Shown here: positions 17,930 to 28,921 of the stretch, in pieces
Layout of the letters: each line of letters begins with the position of its first letter
How positions within the stretch are numbered: the first letter of the stretch is position 1
Virus record (IMG/VR): IMGVR_UViG_3300049489_000321
Span: 1-64,000 of that record
Reading direction: 5' to 3' (one strand)
DNA from: a virus
DNA: 64,000 nt
The notes under the pieces: generated by a model
Told to the model about the DNA's origin: nothing
What the model saw: only the letters and a program-made list of their open reading frames with translations
Databases searched by the model: none
Made by a program: the position numbers and the translations under genes

Positions 17930-18496
17930 TCATTTGTTGGTATGGTCACCGCGTTCAATTCGACTGATGAGGTAGTCACAGCCGTACGATTTAAGCACTC
18001 CTTCGTCGCCTCCACCGTAGCGCCAGTCATCGGATACTAGCTTAATGTCCGCCACTATCCTAGCGCGTTCCGCTGCAGCGCCTTCCTGTCGCAGTCGCTC
18101 CGCAGAGCGTCCTAGTTTATCAAACGCCTTTTCTACGCCACTCAGTTCCGCTAAGCGCTCCTTGACAGCATCTCCGTAGCCCCGCAGTGCGTTCATTAAT
18201 TGTTCATTTTGTGCAACAAGCTGCTCTTGCTTACGTAGCAACGCATCCATCGCAGCGTTGGACAATTGCTTAGCTGGTCCCTTGAACCACTGTCCTTTTG
18301 ACTCGATGCATTTTTGACACTCGTAGCATTGTCCGCCGTCGTACATGGCGTCGCACGGACCATACCACGGGTGTACTGCCTCCTTCAACCGCTCTACTTC
18401 CGCCAGAGCGGAGTCACGTTGTGCAATTGCTTCATCGAACCGTTCGTCGCGCATCGTGGTTAACCGGTGAGCTACCTCGCTGCAACAGTTTTTCAT
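17930..18496 (-). CDS. Hypothetical coiled-coil protein
   Basis: 188 aa ORF, overlapping neighbours in operon. Confidence 0.7.
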   Translation of the reverse strand: MKNCCSEVAHRLTTMRDERFDEAIAQRDSALAEVERLKEAVHPWYGPCDAMYDGGQCYECQKCIESKGQWFKGPAKQLSNAAMDALLRKQEQLVAQNEQLMNALRGYGDAVKERLAELSGVEKAFDKLGRSAERLRQEGAAAERARIVADIKLVSDDWRYGGGDEGVLKSYGCDYLISRIERGDHTNK

Positions 18497-18564
18497 AGTT
18501 CACCTTGCTTCGTCGCTTGTGTTATGCGTTGTTTAGCAGTCATTTATAAACCTTTATAAAATAG

Positions 18565-18636
18565 CTCCGGCAGATGGGATCGAACCACCAACCATCCCGT
18601 TAACAGCGGGACGCTCTACCATTGAGCTACGTCGGA
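18565..18636 (-). tRNA. tRNA-Asn(GUU)
   Basis: TCCGACG..TGCCGGA acceptor, GCTC/GAGC D stem, TCCCG-CTGTTAA-CGGGA, TTCGATC T loop. Confidence 0.92.
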
Positions 18637-18652
18637 ATGTGTTATCTTTTTG

Positions 18653-18725
18653 AGCCCCCAGACGGATTTGAACCGCCGACCTACTGATTACAAATCAGTT
18701 GCTCTACCAACTGAGCTATAAGGGC
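18653..18725 (-). tRNA. tRNA-Thr(UGU)
   Basis: GCCCTTA..TGGGGGC acceptor, ACTGA-TTTGTAA-TCAGT, TTCAAAT T loop. Confidence 0.95.
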
Positions 18726-18746
18726 GTGTGTTGCTATAGTTGTTTA

Positions 18747-19124
18747 TTAGGGATTTTCTCTTTGTTTATTGTTATTTACAATCTTCGCTTCGGGTAACGA
18801 CTTACGTGCAACTCGTTCGTCCAACACATGGTTCACAGCAGTAAACGGCTTCAACGCACAGTATTCACAACACTTATAACCTTTGTACACCACCCATGCT
18901 AAAACGTAGATAGCACCTGTCGGAATAAGTACCGGCCAGAAGCATCCGTGGAACGCTGCTACTCCAGTAGGCGTGCGATCATAATAAAATCCCATAAAAT
19001 CACGATACGATTGTCTGTGGGACACTATTGCTGTTGTAAACCCAACCACCGCATAACCCAACATGCAGCCAGCGACGATGAATACAGTACTCATCCTGGC
19101 CTGCTTTCGTGACAACCCCAACAC
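18747..19124 (-). CDS. Hypothetical membrane protein
   Basis: Two hydrophobic segments, FWP motif. Confidence 0.7.
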   Translation of the reverse strand: MLGLSRKQARMSTVFIVAGCMLGYAVVGFTTAIVSHRQSYRDFMGFYYDRTPTGVAAFHGCFWPVLIPTGAIYVLAWVVYKGYKCCEYCALKPFTAVNHVLDERVARKSLPEAKIVNNNKQRENP

Positions 19125-19554
19125 TTACGTCTACTACCTAGGTCTTCTCCACAGGTTATACATAGGTTAGTGCGTAGCTTGATCAAATCCCATAGAAATG
19201 CGCGAGTACAGTCGTCCATTTCTACAATCTCTTTTAGTACGTTGTTAGCTTTATCAATATCTGTGTCTTTTCTCATTTATCACTTTTCAGTATGTGCTAA
19301 ATCGTCTAACTATGGTATAGCGTTAAAAATAAAAAATTAACCGGGGTGGCTTTGATCATCTTGGCACCCGTTCCAATCATTTATTAATTTATCTAGTTTT
19401 GCTTTATGTTTTACAAATGTAACGTTTTCCATATCTACTATTCCTTCTAATTCTTTGAAAGTAATTAGTAGTCTAGATTCATCTTCATTAAACGAGCAGA
19501 TCGCTTCTGGAAAAGCTGTCTTTAGAAACTCTATAAAATTATTTGGATTTTTAA

Positions 19555-19803
19555 TCACTTCTTTACCTTAATTCGTTCGCCTACAATGTACGACGCCCAA
19601 AACGCTGTAGCCACCGAAGTAAACAACGTTAACGTAAGTATACGCGGTCGTGTAGGATTCTCATTAACTAGTTCGCTCGAAACTATAGCACAACCTGTTG
19701 CGTATGTAGCGGCAGTTAGATCTAATAATGACGCTGTTTGCGGACGTATGGTTTGCGTAGCACACGACGACAATAATAGCGTTATTAATACGGCTTTGAT
19801 CAT
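19555..19803 (-). CDS. Putative lipoprotein/membrane protein
   Basis: LLLSSC lipobox. Confidence 0.6.
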   Translation of the reverse strand: MIKAVLITLLLSSCATQTIRPQTASLLDLTAATYATGCAIVSSELVNENPTRPRILTLTLFTSVATAFWASYIVGERIKVKK

Positions 19804-20057
19804 TTCTTATACTTTTTAAATAATTCAATCAACGCAGGAGTTGGTGGTCTAGGGTTCTCTACCATGTCTACTAGAACATCCCACTGCTCTGGTGACAAGA
19901 CAATTCGACGCGAGGTACATTCTTTTACGTGATTGTCCATAAGTTCTTGTTCTTCTGGCGTTAGGAAATCACTAAAACCATTAGGACGGTCACCTGGAAT
20001 AACCAACTCTAAACACGCTCCACAGCTTACTCCATGGTCTTTCAAGCAAGCTTCCAC
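19800..20057 (-). CDS. Protein with TacA/DUF1778 antitoxin C-terminal-like segment
   Basis: RIVLSPEQWDVLVDMVENPRPPTPALIELF. Confidence 0.65.
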   Translation of the reverse strand: MEACLKDHGVSCGACLELVIPGDRPNGFSDFLTPEEQELMDNHVKECTSRRIVLSPEQWDVLVDMVENPRPPTPALIELFKKYKK

Positions 20058-20207
20058 CGTTCTTTTAACGCTGGCTTGCCTTTACGGAAACGCTCGTTGT
20101 TTATTTGATTAATCTTCTCTGGAAACCAACCTAGATCGAAACAGTCACAACACTCTCCTGGGTGTTCGAAGCCGTGTTTGACCGGTTCTCCGCAAGGGCA
20201 GGTTAGT

Positions 20208-20543
20208 TTATTTTCTTCCATGTTCTATTTCCGCTACTCTAGCTAAGTACTTCTCGGCGATGTCAATCATCTTACGAGCTTGACCAGGATTAACTATAGT
20301 GTTGTTCCAATGACCAAAGTTACAAGGAGTAGCCTTAAAAAGATACCGAATAGCTACCCATAGCCGCTTCCAGACAGGATAGTAAGGGCGCATCTGCATG
20401 TCAAGATACAAGCTAACTTCCCAAACATCTTGTTCTTTACCAGGTTCGTTTAAATCCACGTACTGTAAACAGACTACGTGGTCTTTAGAACTGCAGTCGC
20501 ACTCTAGATATAACTTTTCTTCTACCATTTTACAATTATCCAA
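20208..20543 (-). CDS. Hypothetical protein, paralog of 46902-47262
   Basis: CxC..H, WKR.W.AI.Y.F, GHW shared. Confidence 0.8.
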   Translation of the reverse strand: MDNCKMVEEKLYLECDCSSKDHVVCLQYVDLNEPGKEQDVWEVSLYLDMQMRPYYPVWKRLWVAIRYLFKATPCNFGHWNNTIVNPGQARKMIDIAEKYLARVAEIEHGRK

Positions 20544-20977
20544 GTTTGGTTTCTAGGACCAGTATACGTCCTATACTGGTCAATTTCATAAGAAAATCCA
20601 GCTTTTTTAACTTCTTTAAGAAACCACTTCATTTCTGGTGAGTCTAGCTTGCCCCAATCTGAAGCGTCATATCCACGCTCTGTTGCGCCGGTTTCTGCAC
20701 TTCTCTTGATACGGTACAAAAAGTCTTCCCATCTATCTTTTCGAACCTTTGGCTCCCATTCCTTGGCTAACTTACGATATTTACTAGCTGGTGTGCCGGT
20801 AAAGTACTGTGTTACGTTGTTGCCTTTCCATATATCTGCAACTAAGAAAGACACGTGGAAAGCAGCTGCTAGAACAGAGATACCAAAGTAAACCATCCAG
20901 TACTTCTTCAGACCAACACGTAATCTAGTACCGGAATCTGTTATTAATTTAACTTCTGGATAATCTTTATTACTCAT
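20522..20977 (-). CDS. Hypothetical membrane-anchored protein
   Basis: One TM segment; operon packing. Confidence 0.7.
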   Translation of the reverse strand: MSNKDYPEVKLITDSGTRLRVGLKKYWMVYFGISVLAAAFHVSFLVADIWKGNNVTQYFTGTPASKYRKLAKEWEPKVRKDRWEDFLYRIKRSAETGATERGYDASDWGKLDSPEMKWFLKEVKKAGFSYEIDQYRTYTGPRNQTWIIVKW

Positions 20978-21323
20978 TTGTATACTTACACAAACAGATA
21001 TCGTATAGTTCTTCGTTTAGATCGCACATGAACTTCTCCACCACAGTCATCAGAGGCTTACCGTCTAGTGCATTAAAACAATCTTCGTACGATTGCTTGT
21101 AGTCTTCTCTAGTAAGACCGTCTTCGTCTCGTGCGCGCGATTCACAAGCAACTAAATCTGCGTTAGATTCGTCGTATAATTTACGATAATAGTCTTCGCG
21201 ATCGTAAGAAGCGTATAGATACCCCTTCATGGCATCGAAATTATGATTACACTGTTTCAAATGCTTTTCTGTTTCAAAACTACACGCAGCTAACAACAGC
21301 AGTAATATAAATAGTTTGTTCAT
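20970..21323 (-). CDS. Putative lipoprotein
   Basis: MNKLFILLLLLAAC lipobox. Confidence 0.7.
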   Translation of the reverse strand: MNKLFILLLLLAACSFETEKHLKQCNHNFDAMKGYLYASYDREDYYRKLYDESNADLVACESRARDEDGLTREDYKQSYEDCFNALDGKPLMTVVEKFMCDLNEELYDICLCKYTNE

Positions 21324-22322
21324 TTAGACTTTTTCTTTCGTTTTGTAGCAACATTATTAACCCTGTCGCATATTAAAGAAGAAGCGGCTACGGAAGCTGC
21401 TTGAGCAGCAATGTCGTGCAGATCTCTAGGAGAAACTCTAGGTTCTATTTCTCTAAGAAATTCTCTTATATTTACAGACAGTTCGACAAATTCTTCTCTA
21501 TATTTTCCGTGACTGCCTTCTCCAGCCACGCCGAATTTATTAAACCATTTTTCTTTATTCATAACAAATTTCCTTTAATACAAAACGCGCAGTACGTAAG
21601 TAGTCGGCTTTCCACCAACTCGCCGGGTTTGGTTCACTGAGCAGTTTACCGCTGTGCGTATTACTACGCTTTTAATGGTAGCCACCGGACTATTGCTCGT
21701 AGGTCTTAACCAGACACGGGGATACGGGCCTACGAACTCAAACATGCCTATCTTTTCCTCATATTTGTCCAAGTTATAAGCCAACCAGTAAACACTCCCA
21801 TTATGTACCCGGCAAAATACATCTTTTGCACTACAGACCCTCCACTAGTTCAAGTTCTTCGTCTTCTGAAAATGGACCAGCTCCGTAAAAAGATGAACCG
21901 CCTGGATTGATGAATCCTAAACAACTGTTAATTCCTCTTCGCGGATCTCCTGGAAGAATCTTCTTAATAACTCCGTCTTTTAGACTCTTGAGAGCTTTAC
22001 CTTGATTAAATAGCTTATACTGTTCTTGTGTAGTGTACTTCATACTTCATCCTCTGTTGCTAGTCTAAAATCTTCTGGATGTCTCATGGTTTCAATATGT
22101 TGGTCTTCCATGGACACTAGAACAATGTGCCCACCTTGTGGCTTGTGTTCACACAAATAGGTATACAAATGCGGTCTATCCTTTGGTCTACCGTATCCAA
22201 GCACTCCGTAGTACTGAATACGCTCATACTCAGGTAATTTGTCCCACCATGATTTGTTGAAATTTTCTGTGGTAAAAATCAGCGTATCACCTGGGTTAAA
22301 ATTGTTTGTTTTTTTCATAATT

Positions 22323-22679
22323 TTACTCTGGCCAACAAGTCCAATAGTCATAAGGTACTGTAGCAGCTAATTGACAACTATAACCAACGGGACAATCTAA
22401 ATCACTGTAACAAGTGAAAAGACAGTGGGATCTTGTATAGTTATAGTTTGTGTAAAAACACAGTTGTTCTGGGTAGTAAGGACAATCTGTTTGGACGTAA
22501 CATTCCGCCGCACACAGTTGTTCCCCTTGTAGGTAAAGGCAGGAGTCATATAAACAATCGCTGTCGAATACACAATGTTCTCCTTCGTCTAGGTTCAGAG
22601 GTGTTTGGTACGTCTGTACTGTACACGCACCAGAAAATGCTGGTGATATGATCAGAAATAGTAGGTGTTTAATTGTCAT
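22323..22679 (-). CDS. Cys-rich repeat lipoprotein
   Basis: SGAC lipobox; three CxxxxDC repeats. Confidence 0.75.
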   Translation of the reverse strand: MTIKHLLFLIISPAFSGACTVQTYQTPLNLDEGEHCVFDSDCLYDSCLYLQGEQLCAAECYVQTDCPYYPEQLCFYTNYNYTRSHCLFTCYSDLDCPVGYSCQLAATVPYDYWTCWPE

Positions 22680-22795
22680 AGTATTTTAGTTTTATTTACT
22701 TTTTAAATATCAAATACATTGAAATTATAAATATCCAAATAGAATTAACAACAATAAACAAAATTGCGTTAAGATGCTTGTCTTCGCAGTCTTCG

Positions 22796-22978
22796 TCACA
22801 CGCCATAAATCTTTTTTAATCTTTCTACAAGTTGCTCGTCTTCTAAGTTGTACAATCCTGAGTAGTTTCCGTCTTCTACACAATTTATAATCATTTGAGA
22901 CAACCTGGTATCCGGGTACTTGTGCCAAATTCTACGTACTAGATCTAGTACCTTATCAATTCTTTCTGGGTCGCGCAT
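22796..22978 (-). CDS. DUF1040/YihD-like small phage protein
   Basis: MRDPERIDKVLDLVRRIWHKYPDTRLSQMI. Confidence 0.75.
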   Translation of the reverse strand: MRDPERIDKVLDLVRRIWHKYPDTRLSQMIINCVEDGNYSGLYNLEDEQLVERLKKIYGV

Positions 22979-23210
22979 TAATAAAACCTGTAGTGTTCAA
23001 AAGCAGGACCAGATTGAAACATTATTCTATGTTCTTGTTTTTCGTACCTAATACGATACCCAGGCTCAGTACCGTTGTTTGAAAGTTCAGCAAAGGTCTT
23101 TTTGACAAGATCCAAAGACTGTGTGTAAGGCGTACACCTTACCCAGCAATCTGTCTGTGGGTCTATAGATTCTACATAAAATACTTCTTTGATTTTATCG
23201 TTTTCCACGT

Positions 23211-23615
23211 TTACCACTCCACCCAAATAGGTACGTCAATTACTTCATCGCCAAATTCTTTAGTTATTAAACCCATAATATCTAAAACAAATCTAGGAGT
23301 GTACATGTATACACCATTGTGTGCTCCATTGGAGACATCATAGCACTTTGGATCATCTTTTACTTCGTTGTTTAAGTACTCATCCGTTGGAAAATAAACA
23401 CTAGAACCATTATGTACGTCTGGATTCACAGCCATCATGTAATGCCAAAAATTAGCATACGGTGGTTCTTCGTCTGGGTTAACCCACGGTTGTGCCGTTG
23501 ACTTACGAAACTTACCATAATAATCCATAGTATTTATGCTGTACTTCTTTTCAATATAGTTGATTATATCGTGGTATTCCCACCGTTCTATAACCTTCAT
23601 TGTTGGTTTCTTCAT
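23211..23615 (-). CDS. Hypothetical phage protein
   Basis: YANFWH..NGS; terminal WVEW. Confidence 0.75.
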   Translation of the reverse strand: MKKPTMKVIERWEYHDIINYIEKKYSINTMDYYGKFRKSTAQPWVNPDEEPPYANFWHYMMAVNPDVHNGSSVYFPTDEYLNNEVKDDPKCYDVSNGAHNGVYMYTPRFVLDIMGLITKEFGDEVIDVPIWVEW

Positions 23616-23850
23616 TGTGACAATTCCTCTAGAAAATCCTCTACTTCACCATAAGCTGCTTTAAACTCAGGTGACTCTAGTAGAAGCTGATCTTGTTGAA
23701 TTTCAAACCACTTTTTCTCTCTATAATGCTCCCTTACAAAAACAGGAATAAGAACCGAGCCAACTATAGCAGACACTGCTGAAACTACTGTACAGATAAA
23801 TGCAAACACTATGGACCTCCATGTTTTAAACAAAGCAACAACAAAGAGCT

Positions 23851-24378
23851 TTATACAGAGTTACTCTTCTTTGGTTTCTTTTTAGGTTCAACGGGTCTTG
23901 GCTGCGGTCCCTGATCAGGAGGTCCCATTCCTAGCCAGTCTAGTTCTTCTCTTTTAATATACTTTTTACCTAAAAGATATTTGGCAACGTATGTTAAATC
24001 GTCTTTAGTATATTTAACGCTGTCACGTTCTTGACGATACATATCTTGCAGCGCCGTATGCACGGCTTCGTTAATATATGATTCTGCGGATCTAAACGTG
24101 TGTCCTACATCTTGTGCATATGGTTGAAATCTAACATTATTCCACCGTATTTTAACAGTGTAGTAATACTTATCAGCATGGTATTGACGTTTATACCACG
24201 GTACTTTCGTCTCTGTTATAGACACTTCTCCAAGATAGCCTTCTAGTATCCATATTTCAGCAACTACGATAGGTTTATGTTTATTCTCTTTAGTACGCGG
24301 ATGATTGTGTCGCCAATTCTTTAATTCAAACTCTATAAGAGGATTGGATTCTGCGCTCATTGTCCGTACTCGTCCCAT
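23851..24378 (-). CDS. Hypothetical protein
   Basis: 175 aa ORF in operon. Confidence 0.7.
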   Translation of the reverse strand: MGRVRTMSAESNPLIEFELKNWRHNHPRTKENKHKPIVVAEIWILEGYLGEVSITETKVPWYKRQYHADKYYYTVKIRWNNVRFQPYAQDVGHTFRSAESYINEAVHTALQDMYRQERDSVKYTKDDLTYVAKYLLGKKYIKREELDWLGMGPPDQGPQPRPVEPKKKPKKSNSV

Positions 24379-25008
24379 CCTACGTATTTCTCTAACTCAT
24401 CAACAGCCTTAATGTACGCCTCACGTAATTCGTGGAATTTCTTATCTTTTATCTCTTCGAAATTACTATAAAATCTGAAGGCATAATCAGCACTTCCTTC
24501 GATATCGATGGTTTCACAGACGTACTCTTTTTGTTTTTTAGTCATAGTCTTTTCCTTCCCCCGGTAAGTTCATTATAGCTTCTGCGAACTTGAAAGCTTC
24601 GTTTGCCGCCATAACGTGATCAAATTTCTCATCTCGAAAACCAGGCATCTGACTAGCTAGTCGTCCAACAACCATAGCAGCAAGATCTTCTTTACGTTTA
24701 CGATTCTTTCTGTTTCTTTCGTCTATAGAATATGCGCACCAGTTGCAGTATTTTCCGTCGTATCTATCTATTTGAAATCTTCCAAATAGCGTATCTGGGT
24801 GGTCCGCGCACTTTTTACACCAATAACACGTCCAGACAGACGTTGTTGGTTCTTTATTTTTCTTTTTAAAGAACATTAACGCTTAAAACCTCCACAAACG
24901 ACAAACAAATCCTGTGGAAAAACACTTTTTTCCCATTTTTGTTTGTTCTATAGCTTCCATTAATGCTTAACACGTGATGAAAGCCTCAACCACACGGAAT
25001 ATATGTGC

Positions 25009-25572
25009 TCACGCAGCCCCTTCAGGAATATACGTGTTAACCGGATTATCTTTGTGCAACATAATTTTACTTAGGTTTAATCCACGTACATCGAAAGGCT
25101 TGGTAATGATGTGAAATCCTTTACGACTGGGAACCGTGGTAATGACTTCAGGACGAGCAAGTAATGCGCGCACATCTGGAGTCTCTTCGAACCAATCTAC
25201 ATCAAACAGCCATCGCTTTTCAAGCGGTTTTGACCGCCCGCATGCAGTGTAGTAAGTAGACCGCATTCCTTCCCAATTACCACTTAACGACTGATCTACT
25301 ACCAGTTGAGTAAATAATCTTCCTACCTTGGCAAAGGATCTTGTGGAAAGACGAGTGTAAGCTCTAACTTTGAAATATTCACACATTTCAATGATTTGAG
25401 GTACGTGTTCGTAGAAGTTGTCTCTTCCTCGATGATAGAACGACTTAACTATCCTACCTCGATTGTTGCCGCTTTTCTTACGACGGTCTAGGAGTTCTGT
25501 GTATAAAAATGTGTCCCCGTCAAAAACCTTGGGAACGAATTGAGCAATCTTGTCTGTGTTGTCAATTATCAT
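25009..25572 (-). CDS. Hypothetical protein with AEP-like motifs
   Basis: WLFDVD and SRKGFHI resemble archaeo-eukaryotic primase motifs I/II. Confidence 0.5.
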   Translation of the reverse strand: MIIDNTDKIAQFVPKVFDGDTFLYTELLDRRKKSGNNRGRIVKSFYHRGRDNFYEHVPQIIEMCEYFKVRAYTRLSTRSFAKVGRLFTQLVVDQSLSGNWEGMRSTYYTACGRSKPLEKRWLFDVDWFEETPDVRALLARPEVITTVPSRKGFHIITKPFDVRGLNLSKIMLHKDNPVNTYIPEGAA

Positions 25573-25994
25573 TAATCATCATACCAAGTGCATGTAGATT
25601 TAAGAGCTTTGCGTGTTGCGTCGTTTTTCAACGCTATTATTCCGCAGTTTACGCAATAACTCCAGTGAAGTATCTTTTTATTGAGATTATGGTTGCCACT
25701 TCTTCTTACGCCCTGTTTACGGAGAAATTCTCCTACGTCACTTATCTGCGTCCAATCTTTACTCATTTAGCAATTCAACCAGTACTTTGTAAACGTCGTT
25801 ACCTCTATATTCTTCTAGCTCTACACCGCCCAATGGGTTGTAGTATGTCTTCCAAGCATAAGCTCCGCTTTTATCTACAAAGTAAGAAATTCTCTTACGA
25901 GCCAAGCTTCCTGGTTGTCCTCCAAAAACCCATTCTAAATGGGTAAATCCTTTTTCCGCATTTATAGTTACAAAATCTGGTATTCTTGTAGTGA

Positions 25995-26435
25995 TCATTT
26001 ATTGATAGGTTTAAAATAAAAGTCTGGTTGGCTCCAATACGTAATGGTTCTAACCGGGCATGTGGAGTCTGTTACTGCTATAGTAATTCTGTTGTCTTCA
26101 TTAATCAAATCATCTATACGAAGTTCGTAAAGCATGACCATGTGATCTGGGCAAATACCTAAATCGGTGGCCAATTGTGAAGCATGTTCTGGTAGTACTT
26201 TTTCCGGACACCTATCCCAGTCTTCTTGTTCTAGGTAGACATATGTATCCTCGCTAACAGGATCACCGTCGTCTGTGAACTTCTCTGTGCTACACCTGTA
26301 GCATTCAAAACAAGGCTTCCCTAAATCCCAGTGCATAAAGCCTAAAGGTGAATGCGGTGGGTATGTGTCTGGTAGTTGGTCTGCTTTTGGTTCTTTGCGC
26401 TTGTATAGATAGGTTGTCATTCGTAAAAGCTCCAC
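25995..26435 (-). CDS. Hypothetical protein
   Basis: Acidic ORF in operon. Confidence 0.65.
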   Translation of the reverse strand: MELLRMTTYLYKRKEPKADQLPDTYPPHSPLGFMHWDLGKPCFECYRCSTEKFTDDGDPVSEDTYVYLEQEDWDRCPEKVLPEHASQLATDLGICPDHMVMLYELRIDDLINEDNRITIAVTDSTCPVRTITYWSQPDFYFKPINK

Positions 26436-26607
26436 ATATGAACAATGTGTCCGGTTTTGCGTTTATGAGCAGCGGCTCTAGCTGCTACGGTTGTTTTGTC
26501 TTGAGACTTTCTACCAACTGCTGGACAGGCGCTGTCGTCTCTCGAATCATTACCTTGATTAACATGCCTACAATCCCAGATCCAGTACTTTCTAGTACCT
26601 TTTTTCA

Positions 26608-27018
26608 TTAATAAAGCTTACCCTTGTTCCACAGTGGTTTGGCGTTATTGGCAATACCCTTAAACGCACTGTTCTCATCTCTAAGCTGTTCTCTAGTAAT
26701 CCCACCAGAATCCAGTCTTCTTTGATCTTCGTCTTTAGACTCTTGTTTTTGCTTAGGTCTATTTTTAACTTCTTCACCGTATTCACACAGAAACGTATGA
26801 AGCTGTTCAATAAACGTAGCAAACGACATATCTTCCGGATTACCAATATGTACGTGAGTTCCATGAGCAGCTACGGTAGCAGAGTTTTCGAACATGTCAG
26901 GATAGAAGCCTACACGCGGCTCGTTAGCTTCAAATTCTTCAACAGTAACGGCGTAATTACATAGTTCCCTAATCTTGAGAACTATCTCGTAACAAAGCTC
27001 TTGGGATGTTTTATTCAT
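26608..27018 (-). CDS. Hypothetical protein (likely start MNKTSQE)
   Basis: Overlaps end of upstream gene. Confidence 0.65.
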   Translation of the reverse strand: MNKTSQELCYEIVLKIRELCNYAVTVEEFEANEPRVGFYPDMFENSATVAAHGTHVHIGNPEDMSFATFIEQLHTFLCEYGEEVKNRPKQKQESKDEDQRRLDSGGITREQLRDENSAFKGIANNAKPLWNKGKLY

Positions 27019-27448
27019 CTTCCGGTATCCCAGTCTCAACCTTGCGCAAAGCGCGCACGATGTGTCTATGTACAGCCCGCCACGAATCATCATACGTGTT
27101 CTCTGGTAGGCGATGACGCCACTCATTGAACGCTTTAACAGCCTTCAGCAATTCTGGAGCGGCAGACATAAGCTTGGCAATTGGCTCTGTTGGGGTGCCC
27201 ATCACCACACCGGTTGACAGTTGGAGACAGGTAAGGGGAAGGCTGGTAATCGAGCAGCTGGCTACAGCCTTCCACGGCAACCGCAACTCGTCGGCTTCGC
27301 GGTCGGCCTTGGCTTGGGCGGCCAACTCTTTTACCTTGCTAACCAACGGGCGTAACGCTGTTGTCAGGGACGGTCCAGGCAGAAAGTAGCCCCAGTCAAC
27401 CTCGGCCAACTCCTCTGCTGTAAGTTCTAGTGTATAGGTCTTCTTCAT
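27011..27448 (-). CDS. Hypothetical phage protein with AAPELL motif
   Basis: AKLMSAAPELLKAVK. Confidence 0.7.
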   Translation of the reverse strand: MKKTYTLELTAEELAEVDWGYFLPGPSLTTALRPLVSKVKELAAQAKADREADELRLPWKAVASCSITSLPLTCLQLSTGVVMGTPTEPIAKLMSAAPELLKAVKAFNEWRHRLPENTYDDSWRAVHRHIVRALRKVETGIPEDE

Positions 27449-27658
27449 AGATTTAACTCCATATGCATTTTGTAAATACCACACATGCAGGTTTCGACGT
27501 GGTTATCCTGACATTCGTCCCAAGCTTGATTAGCTAATTCTATCTTTTTTAGAGCCTTTTGTAGTTCTTGTTGTAGTCCGTGTACGTAACAGGCCCGACA
27601 ATTAGCGTAGCAACCTGGATCGCCGTCTCCCTCATACCTGGCTTTATCATGCGCAAAT

Positions 27659-27943
27659 TCAACCGACATAGTTCTTCACCTTAAATACGTAGTGACCGCC
27701 TCTTTTTGAGCTTTCCCAGCACAACATCCAAAATATTCTGTTGTCCATTAAAGCACATATAATGTCTTCGTTTCCGCTCCAACCGCAGGTACTGATACGG
27801 TATGTGTTGCCTTTTTGTTTCCAATACTTGTTGTAATTCCACAGGGTATAGACAAATACCATTAATCCTTCGAAATCAGACGAAGGCCAGTTCTTGATTA
27901 ACTCTAGCGATTCTTCGCTAGGATATCCGTTGTCATCAAACAT
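27659..27943 (-). CDS. Hypothetical phage protein
   Basis: GYPSEESL, STCGWSGNE, RGGHYVF. Confidence 0.75.
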   Translation of the reverse strand: MFDDNGYPSEESLELIKNWPSSDFEGLMVFVYTLWNYNKYWKQKGNTYRISTCGWSGNEDIICALMDNRIFWMLCWESSKRGGHYVFKVKNYVG

Positions 27944-28522
27944 TAGTTGATTGATTTTAGAGGCTTGTCTTCGGTCATGTACTCCTGAACGGCGCCTTCC
28001 GCGTTAGGAATGAAGACTATACATCTATCTGATTTACGTTCGTCGCAGATAGCAACCAGTTCTAGCAATTTTTCTCTAGAGAAAATGTAAACAACTCCGT
28101 TATCTACACGCGTTACGGCTACGCCGTCTTTAATAACCTTATCGAACAACTCATCAATGATTCCGTCAACTTCTCCGTCATTGTCGTTCATAGACCTAAC
28201 ACTTCCTTCCTAATATACAGAGACCAATCGTCGCTCACTGCGACAAATCCGTTGTCGATCAGACGCCTTAAAGCGTCTTTACCTTCTCGTTCGTCAATCT
28301 CTAGACGTTTAAAAAGTATTCTAGCGCGCACTCGACTTGAAGAGATAGCCGACAGCATATTTTTTTCTAACTTACTAAGGATACGTCGCGCGTTAGTGTT
28401 AGGGTCAAAGACCATTACGTTTTCAAATACATGTGTGTTAGTAGACATTTTCTCCTTAAAACAAAACCGCTACGAGTCCTGATACAACCCGTAGCGGCTT
28501 GGTAACAGTTGTCAAAGTTTTT

Positions 28523-28921
28523 CTACTCTACACGGATAGGAATCTTGTTGTCAACCACATTGGTTGAGTCTTTTTTAGGCACTGAAATGGTTAGTACACC
28601 TAGTTTTAGGCAAACATCGATTTTATCTAAATCCATAACGTCGTGAATAGTTAATTTAGTCTGGTACTTTTTGTTGTTGCACGAATAGTTTACGTGAAGC
28701 TTACCGTTAGTGATCGTAACCGCCACGTCTTTTGCGGGCACCCCGGGTACTGCTAACGAATACGTGTACACGCCGTCTTTTTCAGACCAATATCTTGTGC
28801 CGCTATGCCAGCCGTTCCAAGTATCGGTTGATAAGTCTTTAAACACGTCATTGAATCCTTGAAAAATGTCGTCCCACTCATTGCGTCGTTTAGTCATGTT
28901 ATTGTTATACCTTGTTAACAT
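28523..28921 (-). CDS. Small heat-shock protein (Hsp20)
   Basis: LAVPGV..KDVAV, LKLGVLTISVPK; AGGAGG RBS; downstream hairpin at 28467-28498. Confidence 0.9.
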   Translation of the reverse strand: MLTRYNNNMTKRRNEWDDIFQGFNDVFKDLSTDTWNGWHSGTRYWSEKDGVYTYSLAVPGVPAKDVAVTITNGKLHVNYSCNNKKYQTKLTIHDVMDLDKIDVCLKLGVLTISVPKKDSTNVVDNKIPIRVE

